DNA of 64,000 nt from Camelus ferus (Eukaryota), in contig NC_045697.1 of assembly GCF_009834535.1 (NCBI RefSeq), forward strand, positions 1,366,001-1,430,000, in the 5' to 3' direction. A program made the translations under genes and the position numbers. Positions 49,681 through 62,165 of this stretch are shown here, in pieces. Numbering within the stretch: position 1 is the first letter of the stretch; every line of letters starts with the position of its first letter. The notes beneath the pieces are model-generated. The model saw only the letters and a program-made list of their open reading frames with translations, searched no databases and had not been told where the DNA came from.

Positions 49681-51074
49681 TGGTTGGTTAGTTACTGTTT
49701 TGAGCTACTGTGTGGAGCCTTTTAACTTCCTCTGGCCCACTGACTGTTTCTCCTACTGCTCTCCTGCTTTTTGTATCTCTTAGAACATTCCCTTCATAAT
49801 AAGTGCTTGCTGTCCTGGGAGCCAACGACTATTGACTTAGCATTTTATTTCCTAGGAAGGGTTGAAGAGAGCCCGAATCCCACTGCCGAGATGAATGTCT
49901 GTAGCGAGTGGGGTCTGGCCAGCCCCCCAAGGCCGGCGTGCCCCGTCCGCCAGCCGGCCCGCTGCGCGCCTGCCTGAACTGGGAGGCCGTGTCCTGCGCA
50001 GAGCTGCAGAGCTGCCCTGGGCGCCGTGCTGTTTGAGACCAGTTCCCCTGAATGCAAAAGAAGGGGCTCCCGCTGTGGGGCACCGCTGCTTGGCTGCTCT
50101 CTGCTGTAGGTATAGGTTGGAGAACCACATTCTTAAGCTTCTGACTTCCCCCTACCACCACAACCACCACCACAGCCTGCCCCTTGTCTGATTGTAGTGG
50201 TTCTTGATTTACTTCACACACACGCACTATGTCACCTCAGCCCAGGCTCGTGATTCAGTAGGAGCAGCTACGGCGATTAGCTTTCTGCTCAGGTGCCATC
50301 CGCGCAGGCCCCGCATGCCCGCCTCCTGTGAGTTTCAGATTGGGAGGGGGTTCATGGCTTCAGCAGCTGAGGTCAATTTACCCCACTGGCCTCTGGTATC
50401 TTTTCACCCCTGGTGAAACGGGTCCTTAGGTTTCCTTCATTATCTTATCCTTGCTCCTGGCTCCCAGCAATTGCCTTGTTGTATAACCAGCCCCTCAGAG
50501 CCCAGACCACCATGGCTGAAAGAACATTAAAAGTTAGGGGCCAGAGAGGCGGAGAAGCCACCCAGCTTTGCTTCCATGCTGTCCCAGAGAAACCTTTCTG
50601 CAAAGGAGTAGTTACAGGACCAAGTAGCCAGCTTTTAACCTGCCAGAATTGGTTGGATTTGGTGTTTAATAAAGTCCCTTCCAGTTGTGAAGATCTTCCA
50701 GCGCAGTGACTGATGCAGCCTCATCAGACACGGCTGTTGCAGAATTGAGGTGCCCCCGGGCTCCAGGGCTTTCGCTGGCAGAAGGGTCAGTCTAGTGTTT
50801 TGGGGGTAATTCATCATAATCCTGCGTGTGAAACTTCAGAGAAATTCCTAAGAACAGCTGCACTGAGAAGAAGAGGAGCCAAGGGCCTCTTTGGCTGTTA
50901 GAGCCATAGGTGTGCCCTGGGGAGCCCAGGACGTTGGGGTGGGGGGTGCTGAGGAGCCCGCTACAGGGGGTCCCCTGCAGATGTTTCTGGGGCTGTGCCC
51001 ACTGCAGAGCGTTTGTGAACACTTCATTACATCCTATGTAAAGTGTCTAGAAAAAGAGTATTAGGTGAAGTTTA

Positions 51075-51435
51075 TTTTTTAATTTTTTTGTTGTGGTAAA
51101 ATACACATATTTAAAGCGGACCGGTTGACCCACTTTTAGGTGTTCGTGGGCACTAAGTAAATTCACACTGTTGTGCAGGCGTCGTCTACAGAACTTTTCT
51201 CATCTTCCCAGACAGGAGCTCTGTCCATTACATGGTAACTCCCAGTTGCCTCTTCCGCCAGCCCCTGGCAATCACCGTTCTACTTTGTCTTTGAATTTGA
51301 TGTCTTGATACCTCATATGAGGAATTACACAATATTTGCCCTTTTGTGTCTTATTTTACTGAGTATGTCTTCAGGGTTCATCCATGTTGCAGCATGTATC
51401 AAAATTTTCTTTTTAAGGCTGAATAATATTCTTTT
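51075..51435 (-). mobile_element. L1MB-like 3' end
   Basis: ttgtggtaaaatacacata...cccctggcaatcacc...ggttcatccatgttgcagcatg...aaggctgaataatatt. Confidence 0.8.
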
Positions 51436-52500
51436 CATTTTCATTGATTTTTTTTCATAGATTTTCAGAAAACTTAACTTGCATTCTTAATTCTGGACCC
51501 TTGCATTTCAAGGCCTGAATCACAAACAAAAGTTACAGCATCTTTATATCCAGAGGGCTGTTTCTTTTCTCTAGTAGAAGCAAAAGGCAATCCTTGATGA
51601 GTTCTTTGGAGGAAAGGAGTTTCCCTGAGTGACAAATCACCAAGCAGGTGTGAGGGCCCCTTGGCTCTGGTGCTCATTTCAGGTGGTTTCATCAGGGTCA
51701 TAAGATAAATTCATGAAAGACCCAGTTACTGTGTCTCCAAGCACAGTCCACTGCTTTCTGTTTCTGCCAAGTCCAGTCGTCTGGTTCCTGCAGAACCTCA
51801 GGGGAGATCAGCGGCTGCTGAGCCTTCGTCAGGAATAAGTAACTGGGAGGGCGCCGCCCTGTTGCCCAGCCTGGCTCTTCTGCTTCCTCTGAGCCTACAC
51901 AGGAGTGATCAGCTACATCCTGCCAAGTCTTTTCTGGAAATGAAGTAAATGAATTAAGCCTTGCTGAGAGCCCGAAACCCTTGTCCGCGTCTTCCTGGGC
52001 TGAGGGTTTGCTTTGCTCCTGCGTAGCACTCACGCTTGTACGAAGAGCTCTGATTTCTGGTCTTTCTGACAGAGGACATCTTTATTACTTACTTTATTGG
52101 TTGTCTTTTTCCTTAAAATATATGCTCCACGAGTGTCTGTTTTGTTTACCTGAAGCAGTCCCTGACCCAGAGCGGGACCCTGTAGATAGTCCCTGCATCA
52201 GTCAGCCCATGGGCTTGCCGGCAGGGTGCTGGCAGCCTGTGGGCACTGGCACTTCGCGCTGCTGTCCCGCAGGGCACCGCAGGGCAGGTGGTGGGCCCCA
52301 CGTGGAAGACGCACAGCTGAGGCGCGCCGTCAGGTATTTGTGCAGGGCGCTGGGGCTCCGTTGGCTGGGCTCGTGATTGCTGCCTGTGTGCCGGGCACCC
52401 TCATTTGTGGAACAAGCAAGAGGCTCATGTTTTCTCTAAGTACTAAGGCGTGGCTGTTAATGTGACGGTGGCATCAAAGTTCTATTTAAGAATCTTTGAA

Positions 52501-52640
52501 GTTTTTTCTTTTTCTTTTGGGAGTAGGGTGGGGTAGGTAATTAGGTTTGTTTGTTTGATTTTAATGGAGGTACTGGGATAGACCCCAGGACTTCCTGTAT
52601 GTTAAGCGTGCATTCTACCACTGAGCTCTACCCTCACCCC
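52501..52640 (-). mobile_element. tRNA-derived SINE (camelid vic-1-like)
   Basis: Same body as 42742; TSD AAGAATCTTTGAA / AAGACGCTTTGAA (11/13). Confidence 0.8.
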
Positions 52641-55636
52641 AAGACGCTTTGAAATGAAAGTTATTGGCAGCTTTTGATGCTCATGCCCAGTTCCCTGGGA
52701 AGGCCGTTTTCCTGGGCAGTGGTGCATTGCCAGTAGCCTTGGGCATGTTAGCATTCTTTACGAAAGCAGTCGGACAGTACACAACAACAGTCTGTGGAAC
52801 ATTCTTGCTCTTTAACACGTGTTCTGTAATTCTACTTTTGAAATTCCATTTAGGGAAGTGTTTAAATAACATGGGAATGATTGTATGTTTATGGCTTAAA
52901 AAGGAGGAGACATGAGGCAGACAGTTGGTACTAGCCAGTGCCTTATCACTGGCTAATAAGTTTTGTTTACTGGTAAGTTGGCATTTCCCTGATGAAATTC
53001 TGTAGGATTTAGGTTTTTCTCTACTTTTACCACATAAAGAGGCTGCCCTGGCCAGCTTATTCAAACTCACAGGAGCCTCTCCTTCTGTCTCAGAATAGCC
53101 ATTTGAAGGTTTACAGTGAGAGCTGCTTTATAACTGTTGCACAGAATGAGTGACCCGGTGAGTCTGCATATCATCTCCCGGTAGAAGAATTCACAAGGAG
53201 CAACCTTGGGACTCGGGTTGCTTGGGGATTGTGGAGCCTGTGCTGCTGAGTTTGGTCTCAGATTTTCAGTGGGTGATGATGTCAACCTCGGATGTTGGGT
53301 GTGGTGTGAGGGCTCTGTGTGCCCCCCGCGGGGCTAAGCTAAATGGGGCTGCTAATCCAAACGTCTTCTCAGGACATGCTGCAGGATACGCTGCAGAGTT
53401 GCTACTTCTTTCTGTTTCCGGTGCGCCCCTGCCCGCCCCATTTCTGCTGGCTTTTCCTTTCTTGGTTTGTGGGAAAATCGAGGTGTGAGATACGGTGAGA
53501 GAATCCGGCTCCAGGTTAACACTGCCTAAGAGTCTGTGTCTAACCATTATGCGTGTGGAAATACACATGTAATCACATCCAAATAGACATATACACACAT
53601 CTGAGTATGGGTGCCACACTCCTGGAGCTGGGGTGCTTCGTCATCTGTAGTGTCCCTAACAGCTTCCTGGGAAAAACGTCAGCCTCTGGCAGTAATGGAA
53701 TGACAGCAGACCATTCAGTCTCCAGGAACACAAGGTACCCGCCTCCCCAACTACCGCTTCCCATCCAGTCGGTCACCTCACTTCTCACACTCTGCCTCTG
53801 CCTCCAAGCCACACAGCTTTCTCCTTGCCTGGATTACTCTGAGTCTCCACGTGGGTCTGCATTCTGACTTGTTCAGTCTCTGCTTGGCCCCCAGCACACA
53901 GGCGGCGCAGTCTAAGAGCACTTCTGTCTGAACCCCTGGCCTCTCTGTCCCCATGCTGGTCTGCTGGAAATGCCTCCCATCTTCTCACCTCCATTCTCTG
54001 GTCAGTTCAGCCCTTTGGTAGATTTCTCTTCAGGCCAGCCTTCCAACTTCTTATGTTTTCTGACCCCTGACCCTTAACTATTCCTAAAAGAAGAGAATAG
54101 ATATGGAACAAATTGCTGGATTGCTTTGGGCCTGGGAGGGCGTGGAACCACCTGCAGAGTGAGGAAGCTCCAGGGAAGCAGCCGCCAGGGCTGCGGGGGG
54201 CTGGTTTGGAGAGCTGGGAGGGTGTGCGGGAGGAGTAGGGGCGCCTGCGGGACAGCCCCAGGACCTGTGTCTAACAACCGTATTTGAAAGCCTAAAAAGT
54301 AACCAAGTAGGAGGCAAGAAGCTTACGGAATATCCAGAGGATGTGCACTGAATTGTTTCTCTTTGCTTTGCAGACAGATCTCGCTATCGTCTGTGGGTGA
54401 CATTTTTATCAAATTCTTCTCAATTCTTGAGACACCATTGAGAGAATTTTTCCCCAAAAGAGCTACGTCATAGGTGTACACGCAAACCTAAGCTGCTCCG
54501 TGTGGTCAGAAGCATGAAGGTGGCGTTAGAGTCAGGAGGTGTGGCGCGTCTGGGGCTGTCGTGCCATCTGGTCCTGAGAGGCCTGAGGGGCAGCTGAGGA
54601 GCCGCCTTCTGTTCGGAGTGGGTGGGCCGTCTTCACGGTGGGCGCGGGGTTGCTTCGGGGGGCATCCACACAATTCCTGGGTGCAAGCACCTGTGGCCTG
54701 GGGTGCGCCGGCCTGAGGGCTGCATGCCAGCTGCCAGCCTGTGTGTGGAGGGGTGCATGGTGCAGAGGTTCTCTGACCTCTCAGGGTCAGAGTGCACAAT
54801 GGGGTGGGGGGGGCGTGGAGGGAAGCAGACCCCAGGTGCTGGAGAAAGAGCCTCAGCTGGATGGGCAGTCCTTTTAATGAGGCTTCTGGAAAACCTCCTC
54901 TGGCCGCGCCTTGCCCTCCTGGTTTCTTTGGCACCCAGCTCATGCCCCAGTTACAGCACCTGAGCTGCCTGCCAGCACCCATCCCCCGACCCGGAGCTGG
55001 TGGCTGCATCTGTTCCTTACTGTATTCCCAGGGCAGGGAAACATGCAGCCCGTTGGCTCTTGTAAAGCTGGGTTGGGTGCAGCATTACACGGCATTCTGG
55101 GGCTTGAGCACAGGGGTAGAGCTGTGCACGGGGTGCACCTGGAGAGACTGCTTCTCATTTGCTGCTTTTTTACAAGGCAGTGATGCCCACCCCCAGGCGC
55201 TGAGCCTCTAAATGTGCAGAGCTGTCCCAAGTGCTCTGCATTCATTCCTTTAGTCCTCACACACCCCTTGAGGTGGGCACTGTCTTGTTTTCTAGGTAAG
55301 GAAACAGGGCACAAGGAAGCTCAGTGCCTCCCCCAAGGTCACAAGGGTTTTGTAGAGGCCTGGCTCCTGTCCAGGCTGTCTGGTTCTGGAGATGTGCTTT
55401 GACTGGAAGGCCACACTTAGGAAGTAGGACTTGATGGGGAGCCAAGGAAAGGCTTCGGAGGTCAGCTGTATATTTTAGATACATCGGCAGTGGGTGAAAG
55501 GGTACCAGGAGATAGGAGATCTTTTGGAGGAGGCAGGGTACTGTGGATGAGAAGAGAATGGTCTTGCCATTTCTGCTCCATCATCCTCTCTCAGATATGA
55601 CTGTCTCTCTACAGCTCCGAGGCCCCTGTCCTAGAC

Positions 55637-55799
55637 CAGTGGTTCTTGTGGTGTGGCCTTGGGAGCAACACCGTCATCATTGCCTAGAAACTTGTTAGAA
55701 ATGCAAAACCTGGGTTCGGTCCCCCAGCCCTGCCGAGTCAGAAACTAGTTCAGCAAGCCCCCCAGGGAGCGGGTGCAGACTCAGCTCTGAGAACCACTG
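55637..55799. mobile_element. MER5A-like hAT-Charlie MITE
   Basis: TIRs CAGTGGTTCT...AGAACCACTG; internal cttgttagaaatgcaaa. Confidence 0.85.
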
Positions 55800-57333
55800 C
55801 CCACGTCCAGGCCACCGTCTCCGGGACTGGGTGGCCACTGAGCCTTCTCTTCGCTCTGACTCTCCCCTGGCCCCTCAGTCTTGCTGGGTCCCTGAGCCCG
55901 GGCTTCCCCCACTGGAAGCCCCTTCTACCTTGGGTGCAGCCTGACACCTGGCTGCACATTTTTGCTTCTCATTTGCTGCTTTATCCCATCTCTGAACACT
56001 GATGTACTGTGGTTAGTTGGCACTTTTCATTGGCTCCTGGATGAAATCCAGGGGCCTCCGTTCTCCAGCAGCCTCTGCACCTGCTGCTTTCTCTGCGCCT
56101 CCTGGAACCTGTTTGGCTTCCTGATCCAGTTTCTTGGTTCTTCTCCACTCATCTGTTGACAGAGACGGAAGTCTTAGCTGGGCACACAGGGTGAATCAGG
56201 GTCGGTGGCTCCCTTAAATTATCAGCTCCTCTAGAGGGTGACAGTTATGTCACGGGAAGAGCCAGAGGCTCTGGGTTTTGCTCTGGCCTCGGAAGCTCTG
56301 CTCCTTCCTGGTTGAGAGGAGTTGGTGAGGGCCTGTGTGGCAGTTCTGATTCTCCTGTCTTTCCCCAGCAGCTGGCACAGGCCTCTGTAAGGGTTTCTTT
56401 TTTCCATTGTTGGGGGGATCCGTTTGTTTATTGATCTCCTGATCACTCCAGAGAGGATTCAAGATGGGAGGGGCTTTCCAATCACCTACCCTCCCAGGTG
56501 GCAGGAGGCTCTGTGGTCACTGTGTCCTGGGAAGCCATGGACTGTGGGCTGTGGGGTCCTCAGCCTTGCAGTCAGGACAACGGAGCAGTAGCTTTCCTAA
56601 GCCTGAGTGAGAGAAGTGGCCTTCCACAGGTTGTGAACAAGGTTCAGAATTTCCCCTTTCATAACAGAGACCAGGGATCTTTCCCCACTTCCTGCTCCCC
56701 CAGTGGGTCGTGGATTGTCACACCACTCAAGCTGGCTGCCTGGAAGGGTTTCACCAGAGCGAATCATGCAGTGATGAGGCTGGAGCCCTGCCACCTGCAG
56801 TCTGTCTCCTAGCACAGCCTGGGGGATGAGGGTGCAAGCTCGGGTGAGAGCCAGAGCCCATGTTAGGACTGAGCCCCGCAGGGGTGAGTCCAGACAGGCA
56901 GGGAGGGGCCGTGGGCTGAGGACTATCTGCGAGGGTTTCGACAGCCAGGAAGGAGGGCAGGAGGTGGCATCCTGGTTCCAGTTGCTGGCTTTGGGATCGG
57001 ACAGTCCTGTATTCTACAAGAATGCTTACTTCCTAAGAAAACGTGGGTTAAGGGCATAAATTACATGAAGTATTCAGCAAAGCATCCAGCTGACAGAAAG
57101 GACCAGTGAATGGCTGCACTGAACTCTGTTGTCAGCGATGTGGGTGGCAGCATTTATTGACTTGATGTCTTTGTTTTTCAGGACTTGAAGATACTGGAAG
57201 TCTCTTTGGCTTCAACTTCTGTGCTAGCCAGAGGATGAGTAGCCAACAGGCGTGACAGGCTGGAGCGTTTGGCTTCCCTGCAAGTCCTGGTGCAGAGCCC
57301 TTCCTTGTCTGTAGGTTGGAACCAAAGAGCATA

Positions 57334-57342
57334 ATGAGTACG
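57334..57342 (+). CDS. RNF4: RNF4 first coding codons (MST) at the end of exon 2 (57182-57342)
   Basis: Acceptor tttgtttttcag| ending 57181; ATG AGT ACG|gtgagt joins in frame to RKRRGG, giving the known RNF4 start MSTRKRRGG. Confidence 0.88.
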
Positions 57343-58172
57343 GTGAGTTTGATTCTATAAGCTCATGAATTTTATTTTTTAAGGCTGAACAACGACTTTA
57401 TTCCTTATGCACATGAGTGAGAGTACCATAAAGGTGCTTCTAAGTAATCCTGGTTCTTGAAGGGTGTGTAGAGAGCCTTCTATAGTATCGCCAATCTGCT
57501 TGTCTTCAGTTGGAGTCCAGTATTTTGCATGTTGCCCTAAGGACAGAAAGGTGAGAAGGATGGCTGAGGGTTTAGGAGTTTTGTATCTCCAGAGCAGCTA
57601 TCAGTGTTCTAGAAATACTAGGCCTCTGGTTTGTTTAATCATTTACAGTCCAGTTTTCCGGTTTCCCTTCTATTTCTTTTCCCTGTGCAGCTTTTGGTCC
57701 ATTGTGAGTACAGTGGTAATAACCCTTGGTGAGTTTTCTCATAGTCTGTGACCAAAGTTGGTAGGTCATTGTAGCTGCTGTTCAGAGCTTTCATCAGACT
57801 GCAGAGGCAGCTCTGGTTTGGTGTAACCCAGATGTCACCTGGAGCCCCTTGAGTCCAGAGGTTGCCTGAAGGTTCCCCTCTCCAGTTTACTCCCTACTAA
57901 CAAGGTTGCTCATGTAATCTAAACTCAAAACAGCTGTTTTCTGCATTCACATCGGGTGAAACAGATGTGAAAAGGCCTCATACCCTCTTTCCAGTTTCCA
58001 GCGGTGCTGTGAGTGGTGTCGGGAAGGTGGGGGCAGAAGGCTGAACAACAGTTCCCAGGGTGACCAGTGATGGAAATCCTGTGGATTCTGTTCCCTGGCC
58101 CCCACTGTGTTCCAGGCCTACTGTTGATTTTCTTACACAAAACGGCTTCTTTCCCCTGGACCTACCCTTTTA

Positions 58173-58301
58173 TTATATTATTTTATTGGCAGGGGTGGGT
58201 AATTAGGCTTCATTACTTATTTTTAGAGGAGGTTCTGGGAATTGAACCCAGGACCTTGCACATGCTAAGCATGCATGCTACCACTGAGCTATACCCTCCC
58301 C
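58173..58301 (-). mobile_element. tRNA-derived SINE (camelid vic-1-like) with perfect TSD
   Basis: TGGACCTACCCTTTTA at 58157-58172 and 58302-58317. Confidence 0.88.
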
Positions 58302-60599
58302 TGGACCTACCCTTTTAAAAGGCAGATGACCTCCCACCTTGGCCCTTATTTGCCGGTTGCCACTGCAGTTCCCCTAAAGGAAAACGTGTCCTAAGCTTGG
58401 GCACCTCACCTCTGAAGCCCACACTTGCCCAGGCAGGATCTGGACAGATAGAGCAGTGTAGCCTCTCGCATGAGTGTGTGGAGAAGTTGGTTAAAATTCC
58501 TTAGGGTGGCGTGCATGACTTAGGTGGTAGTGATCAAGTGGTCAGTGTTGACTGAAAGCTGTGCACCTCTGAGAGCTCTGCTGGGAAGGAGGGGGAGAGC
58601 TGTGACAAGACGAGGAGGCCCATGGAGGGGGGTCTTTGCAAATCTGTTAGGGTTTCTTGAGCCTGGTCCTGTCTTAACAGCCACCTCCTCCCTGCCATCC
58701 GGGAGTCCCGGTGGAAGAGGAGGTGGAACAGCTGTGCAGGGGGCTTCTTCTGTGTGTGTAGGGCGGAGGGGTGGTCATGAGATGATCAGCAGGAGAGATA
58801 AGGGCTCTCCTCACAATGAAGGAGACAGTTGAGTGGGCTCCTGACAGCTGTGTCAGAAGTGCCTGGTGAGGAAGGGGAGTCCAGGCTGGGAAGAGTGCCT
58901 GGGGAAAGGCACGGAGAGGCTGCAGGAGCAGCCTGGGAAGGACTGCTGTTGGGGGGGCGGGTTGGCAGGACACACCAGTGCAGTGACGGCAGCAGGGTTT
59001 TTAGGGTTCAGCACCTGGACTTTGGCCCAGACCCACGGCTGCCTCTCACTCCCTCACGGAGAAGCCGCCCAGGAACTGCGGTGGGATGTGAAGGGTGCTG
59101 TTCAGCAGTGTCTGCTGAGAAAGATTTGGTCCTTTTCAGAGGAAAGAAGATACAAGAACAGCTTTCAAGAGAATGGGGTGAAGGTGAAGGAGCCCTGGGT
59201 CATCTGGTAGTTGCTGGGAAAGGCCGTAAGCACCAGGCAGTAAGGAGACTCGGCCGTGGCCACGGGCCAGCTCCCTGGGGGGACGGAGCGGCTCCTTCCT
59301 GGAGAGTCAGAGCGGCCGCGGCCGCTTGCCACTGGGCCCTCCTGGGCTTCCCTGTTCTTGGTCCAGGGGAAGCTGCTGAACCCGGGTACGCTTCCGAAAC
59401 TCCGGGGAAGTGTCTGTTTGATAGAGAGCAGCAGGCAGAACAGACAGAATCGGGCTTTTTCTCCGTTGCCTTGCGAGGGTTGGGTCGGGTGATGGGTGCT
59501 CCTGGGCCTTGCGCAGGTCTAACGGGTGATCACTGGTCCTCCCAGCTTCCAGGGATGCCTGACAAGGCCCATAAGGAATTAGGGTAGTGATGACATCTTC
59601 TAAGAATGCTCAGGGCCCTGCACACATTACAGCGCCCAGTCCCGAGGGGAAGTCTGTGAGGCTGGTGCTGGTGAGGGGGTTTAGACTCAGTACTCACGGG
59701 ACTGCCGCACGTCGCCCAGCGTGAAGCGGAGCAGGCCCAGTGCCCGGAGGAGCAGCGCCGGGTTGAGGGGAGAAGAGACCCTGAAGCCCAGGGGCCAGTG
59801 TTGGCTGGGTGCGCACAGGGTGGGAATAAGAGGCTGCAGGTCTGTGGGGGAGGTTGTCTTCTGAGGAAGGGTGCAGGGGCAGGACCTCACCGCATCTGTC
59901 AGAGCCAGCCGGCCCAGAAGTGCTGGAAGGTGTGGGCGACCGGGCAGCTGAGGGTGCGGGGGGCAGGCTGGCACAGCGCCTGGGCACAGACAGGCCACTT
60001 AATAGCCTGAGTTCTCTGGAAGGTGTGGCTCTCGGGCCACCACTAAGAACAGCTCTTTTAGAAAACTTTGGTTCCTGGAGCCATGGGGGTGGTGGTTAGA
60101 GGGTAAACCACAACTTGGTAGTATTCTAGAGGGCTAGAGGCCAGGAAACTTAACCAGAGAAAGCCCTGCTTTTCACAGTGGGTGGACAGCTGGGAAAGTG
60201 AAGGTCTTTGGGCTGAGAAACAAAAAGAGCTCAATGAGGCCAAACACAAACCCAAGGGAGGTGGGCCTGCGGCTCCCTGTCAGAAGAAAAGGCTTCTGGC
60301 CAAACCCAGCCAGGACCAGAGGCTTCCACAGACTTGTGCGTCACATGCTGTCGCTAGTCTGATGCGATGGAAGTTTTACTTTACAGAATTTGTATTCACT
60401 GTATGTTCTGCACGATCTCTGTCTAAACATTCAGTGTTCTAGAATCTCAAGTTCTGAGAGGACCCCGACCTCAGGTCTGCTCGCTGGCCTCCTGTTCTCA
60501 GTGAGGTGAACCATTCCCATGGTGACCTTTTTTATTCTTGCTGGAATCTTGATGGCCAGAAGCTCGTGTGACTGTTCCTTTTCCTCTGGATGCCCTCAG

Positions 60600-60714
60600 A
60601 GAAAGCGTCGCGGGGGGACAGTGAGTTCTAGACAAGCCCAGAAGCGAGCTCGAGAAGCGGCCTCCGCCCCGGAGATGGCTTCGGAGGCGGACCCCATAGA
60701 GCTTGTGGAAAGCG
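60600..60714 (+). CDS. RNF4: RNF4 coding exon (RKRRGGTVSSRQAQKRAREAASAPEMASEADPIELVES): basic NLS-like region and SIM1
   Basis: ccctcag| ... G|gtaagg; clear similarity to the RNF4 N-terminus. Confidence 0.95.
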
Positions 60715-61624
60715 GTAAGGGTGGCGGGGGGTCGCGCGGGCTCGGGTGTAGGGGATGCGGGGGCGGGGGGGCTTCATCGGTGGTGGGGCGGTGCTGGGGG
60801 CTGCTGCATAGTGTGGTCACAGGACGGAAGTGAGGCAGGAACACGAGCCACTTAGAACCGTGCCAGGCTCTGTGCACGAGCTGCGCGCTGGAGCATTGCT
60901 TTTATGTGTAAGAGCCTAAAATTGTGTCAACCAGAAAGAAAACGGCTCTAAGTTATGGTATGTGTGTATATATACACACATAGGTACACACACATATACA
61001 TGGAATATTCCTTAAGAAAGGATGAAATCATCTTGTATAAATTATGTTGGACATCTTTGATGTATGGTGGTTTTTATTTTAATACAAGAAAATATCAAAT
61101 ATTTATATGTTAAGTGTATTAAAAATCATTTTCCCCAAATATTAAGTAAATATTATTTCTAAAAGTCCTATCCTTATGCTTTTTAATGTTGATGATAATA
61201 GAAACAAAAACGGTTGTGAATTTTTTTCAGTTGATGTAAGTGGAAGTTGTGCTCTGCGCTCTCTTCCTCCCTGCTGGCCGTGAGCGTGGGGAACTGCCTG
61301 GCACACGTCCGCCCTCCTCTTTGCCGGTGGAGGGCGTAGAGGCCTGTGCGGCAGCGAGGCCCCAGGGATAGAGGGGTGTGAGCATGGACACATGCACACA
61401 CCAGTGCTATATTTGTGAAAACTGTGCGTTGTCACAGCAGAAGCCTGGAAGGGTGTTCATTGCCTGTCACCCCTTGAAAAGGGGTTGGTCCAGATGCTTG
61501 TGATTTCCGCGCTTCCGCGGCTTGAGTCTGGCGTAAGCGCGCACTCCGCCTGTGACCGCGTTGGCGCACTTGGACCGGCGTGCCTTACTTCCTCCTGATG
61601 CTGTTAAAACACTTTCTTTTGAAG

Positions 61625-61704
61625 CTGGAGATGAGATAGTGGACCTCACCTGTGAGTCGTTAGAGCCCGTGGTGGTTGACCTGACGCACAACGACTCCGT
61701 CGTG
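61625..61704 (+). CDS. RNF4: RNF4 coding exon (AGDEIVDLTCESLEPVVVDLTHNDSVV): SIM2, SIM3 and start of SIM4; RING exons lie beyond the window
   Basis: ctttcttttgaag| ... GTG|gtaagt; hallmark poly-SIM sequence of the SUMO-targeted ubiquitin ligase RNF4. Confidence 0.96.
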
Positions 61705-61949
61705 GTAAGTGCTGTGGCTCTTTCCTGGCTGTGGGCCCCTCGCCAGCACATCCGAAGACCTCCGTCGCAGGTTACGAGTTGTGCTAAAGAAATCATGCAT
61801 TGAGTGACTGGAGCTCGAGATGGAAAATGTTTCAGGAAAAATCATCTGCTGTGGCTTTGTGGCTTAAATTAATCACATCAGTGAGTCTCTGCCTTGGCCT
61901 TTTCCAGAGTTGGCAACAAAGTCTTGGGGAGAACGCCAAGGCGTAATCT

Positions 61950-62165
61950 CTCTTTAGTCCCTGATTGTGCACTTTCCACCAGCTGTGCGACCTTGGGCGA
62001 GTTACTCAGCCTCACTCACTTTGTCCATAAAATGGGGGTAATGCCATCCATGCAGATAGGGCTCACTGGCCTCCTAGTCTTCTTACTGAGTTGAACCATT
62101 GTGAGAATTAAAAGAGATTCTGTATTTGAGGACCTGGCACCTAACGTGGTGCCCAGCGAACAGGA
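61950..62165. mobile_element. MIR
   Basis: agctgtgcgaccttgggcgagttactcagcctc...cataaaatgggg...gtgagaattaaa. Confidence 0.75.

Noticed and set aside
51460..52080. Two protein-looking minus-strand ORFs next to a T-run (possible processed pseudogene)
   Set aside because: No recognisable homology and no TSD; the T-run abuts an L1 fragment. A BLASTx search would be needed to reopen this.
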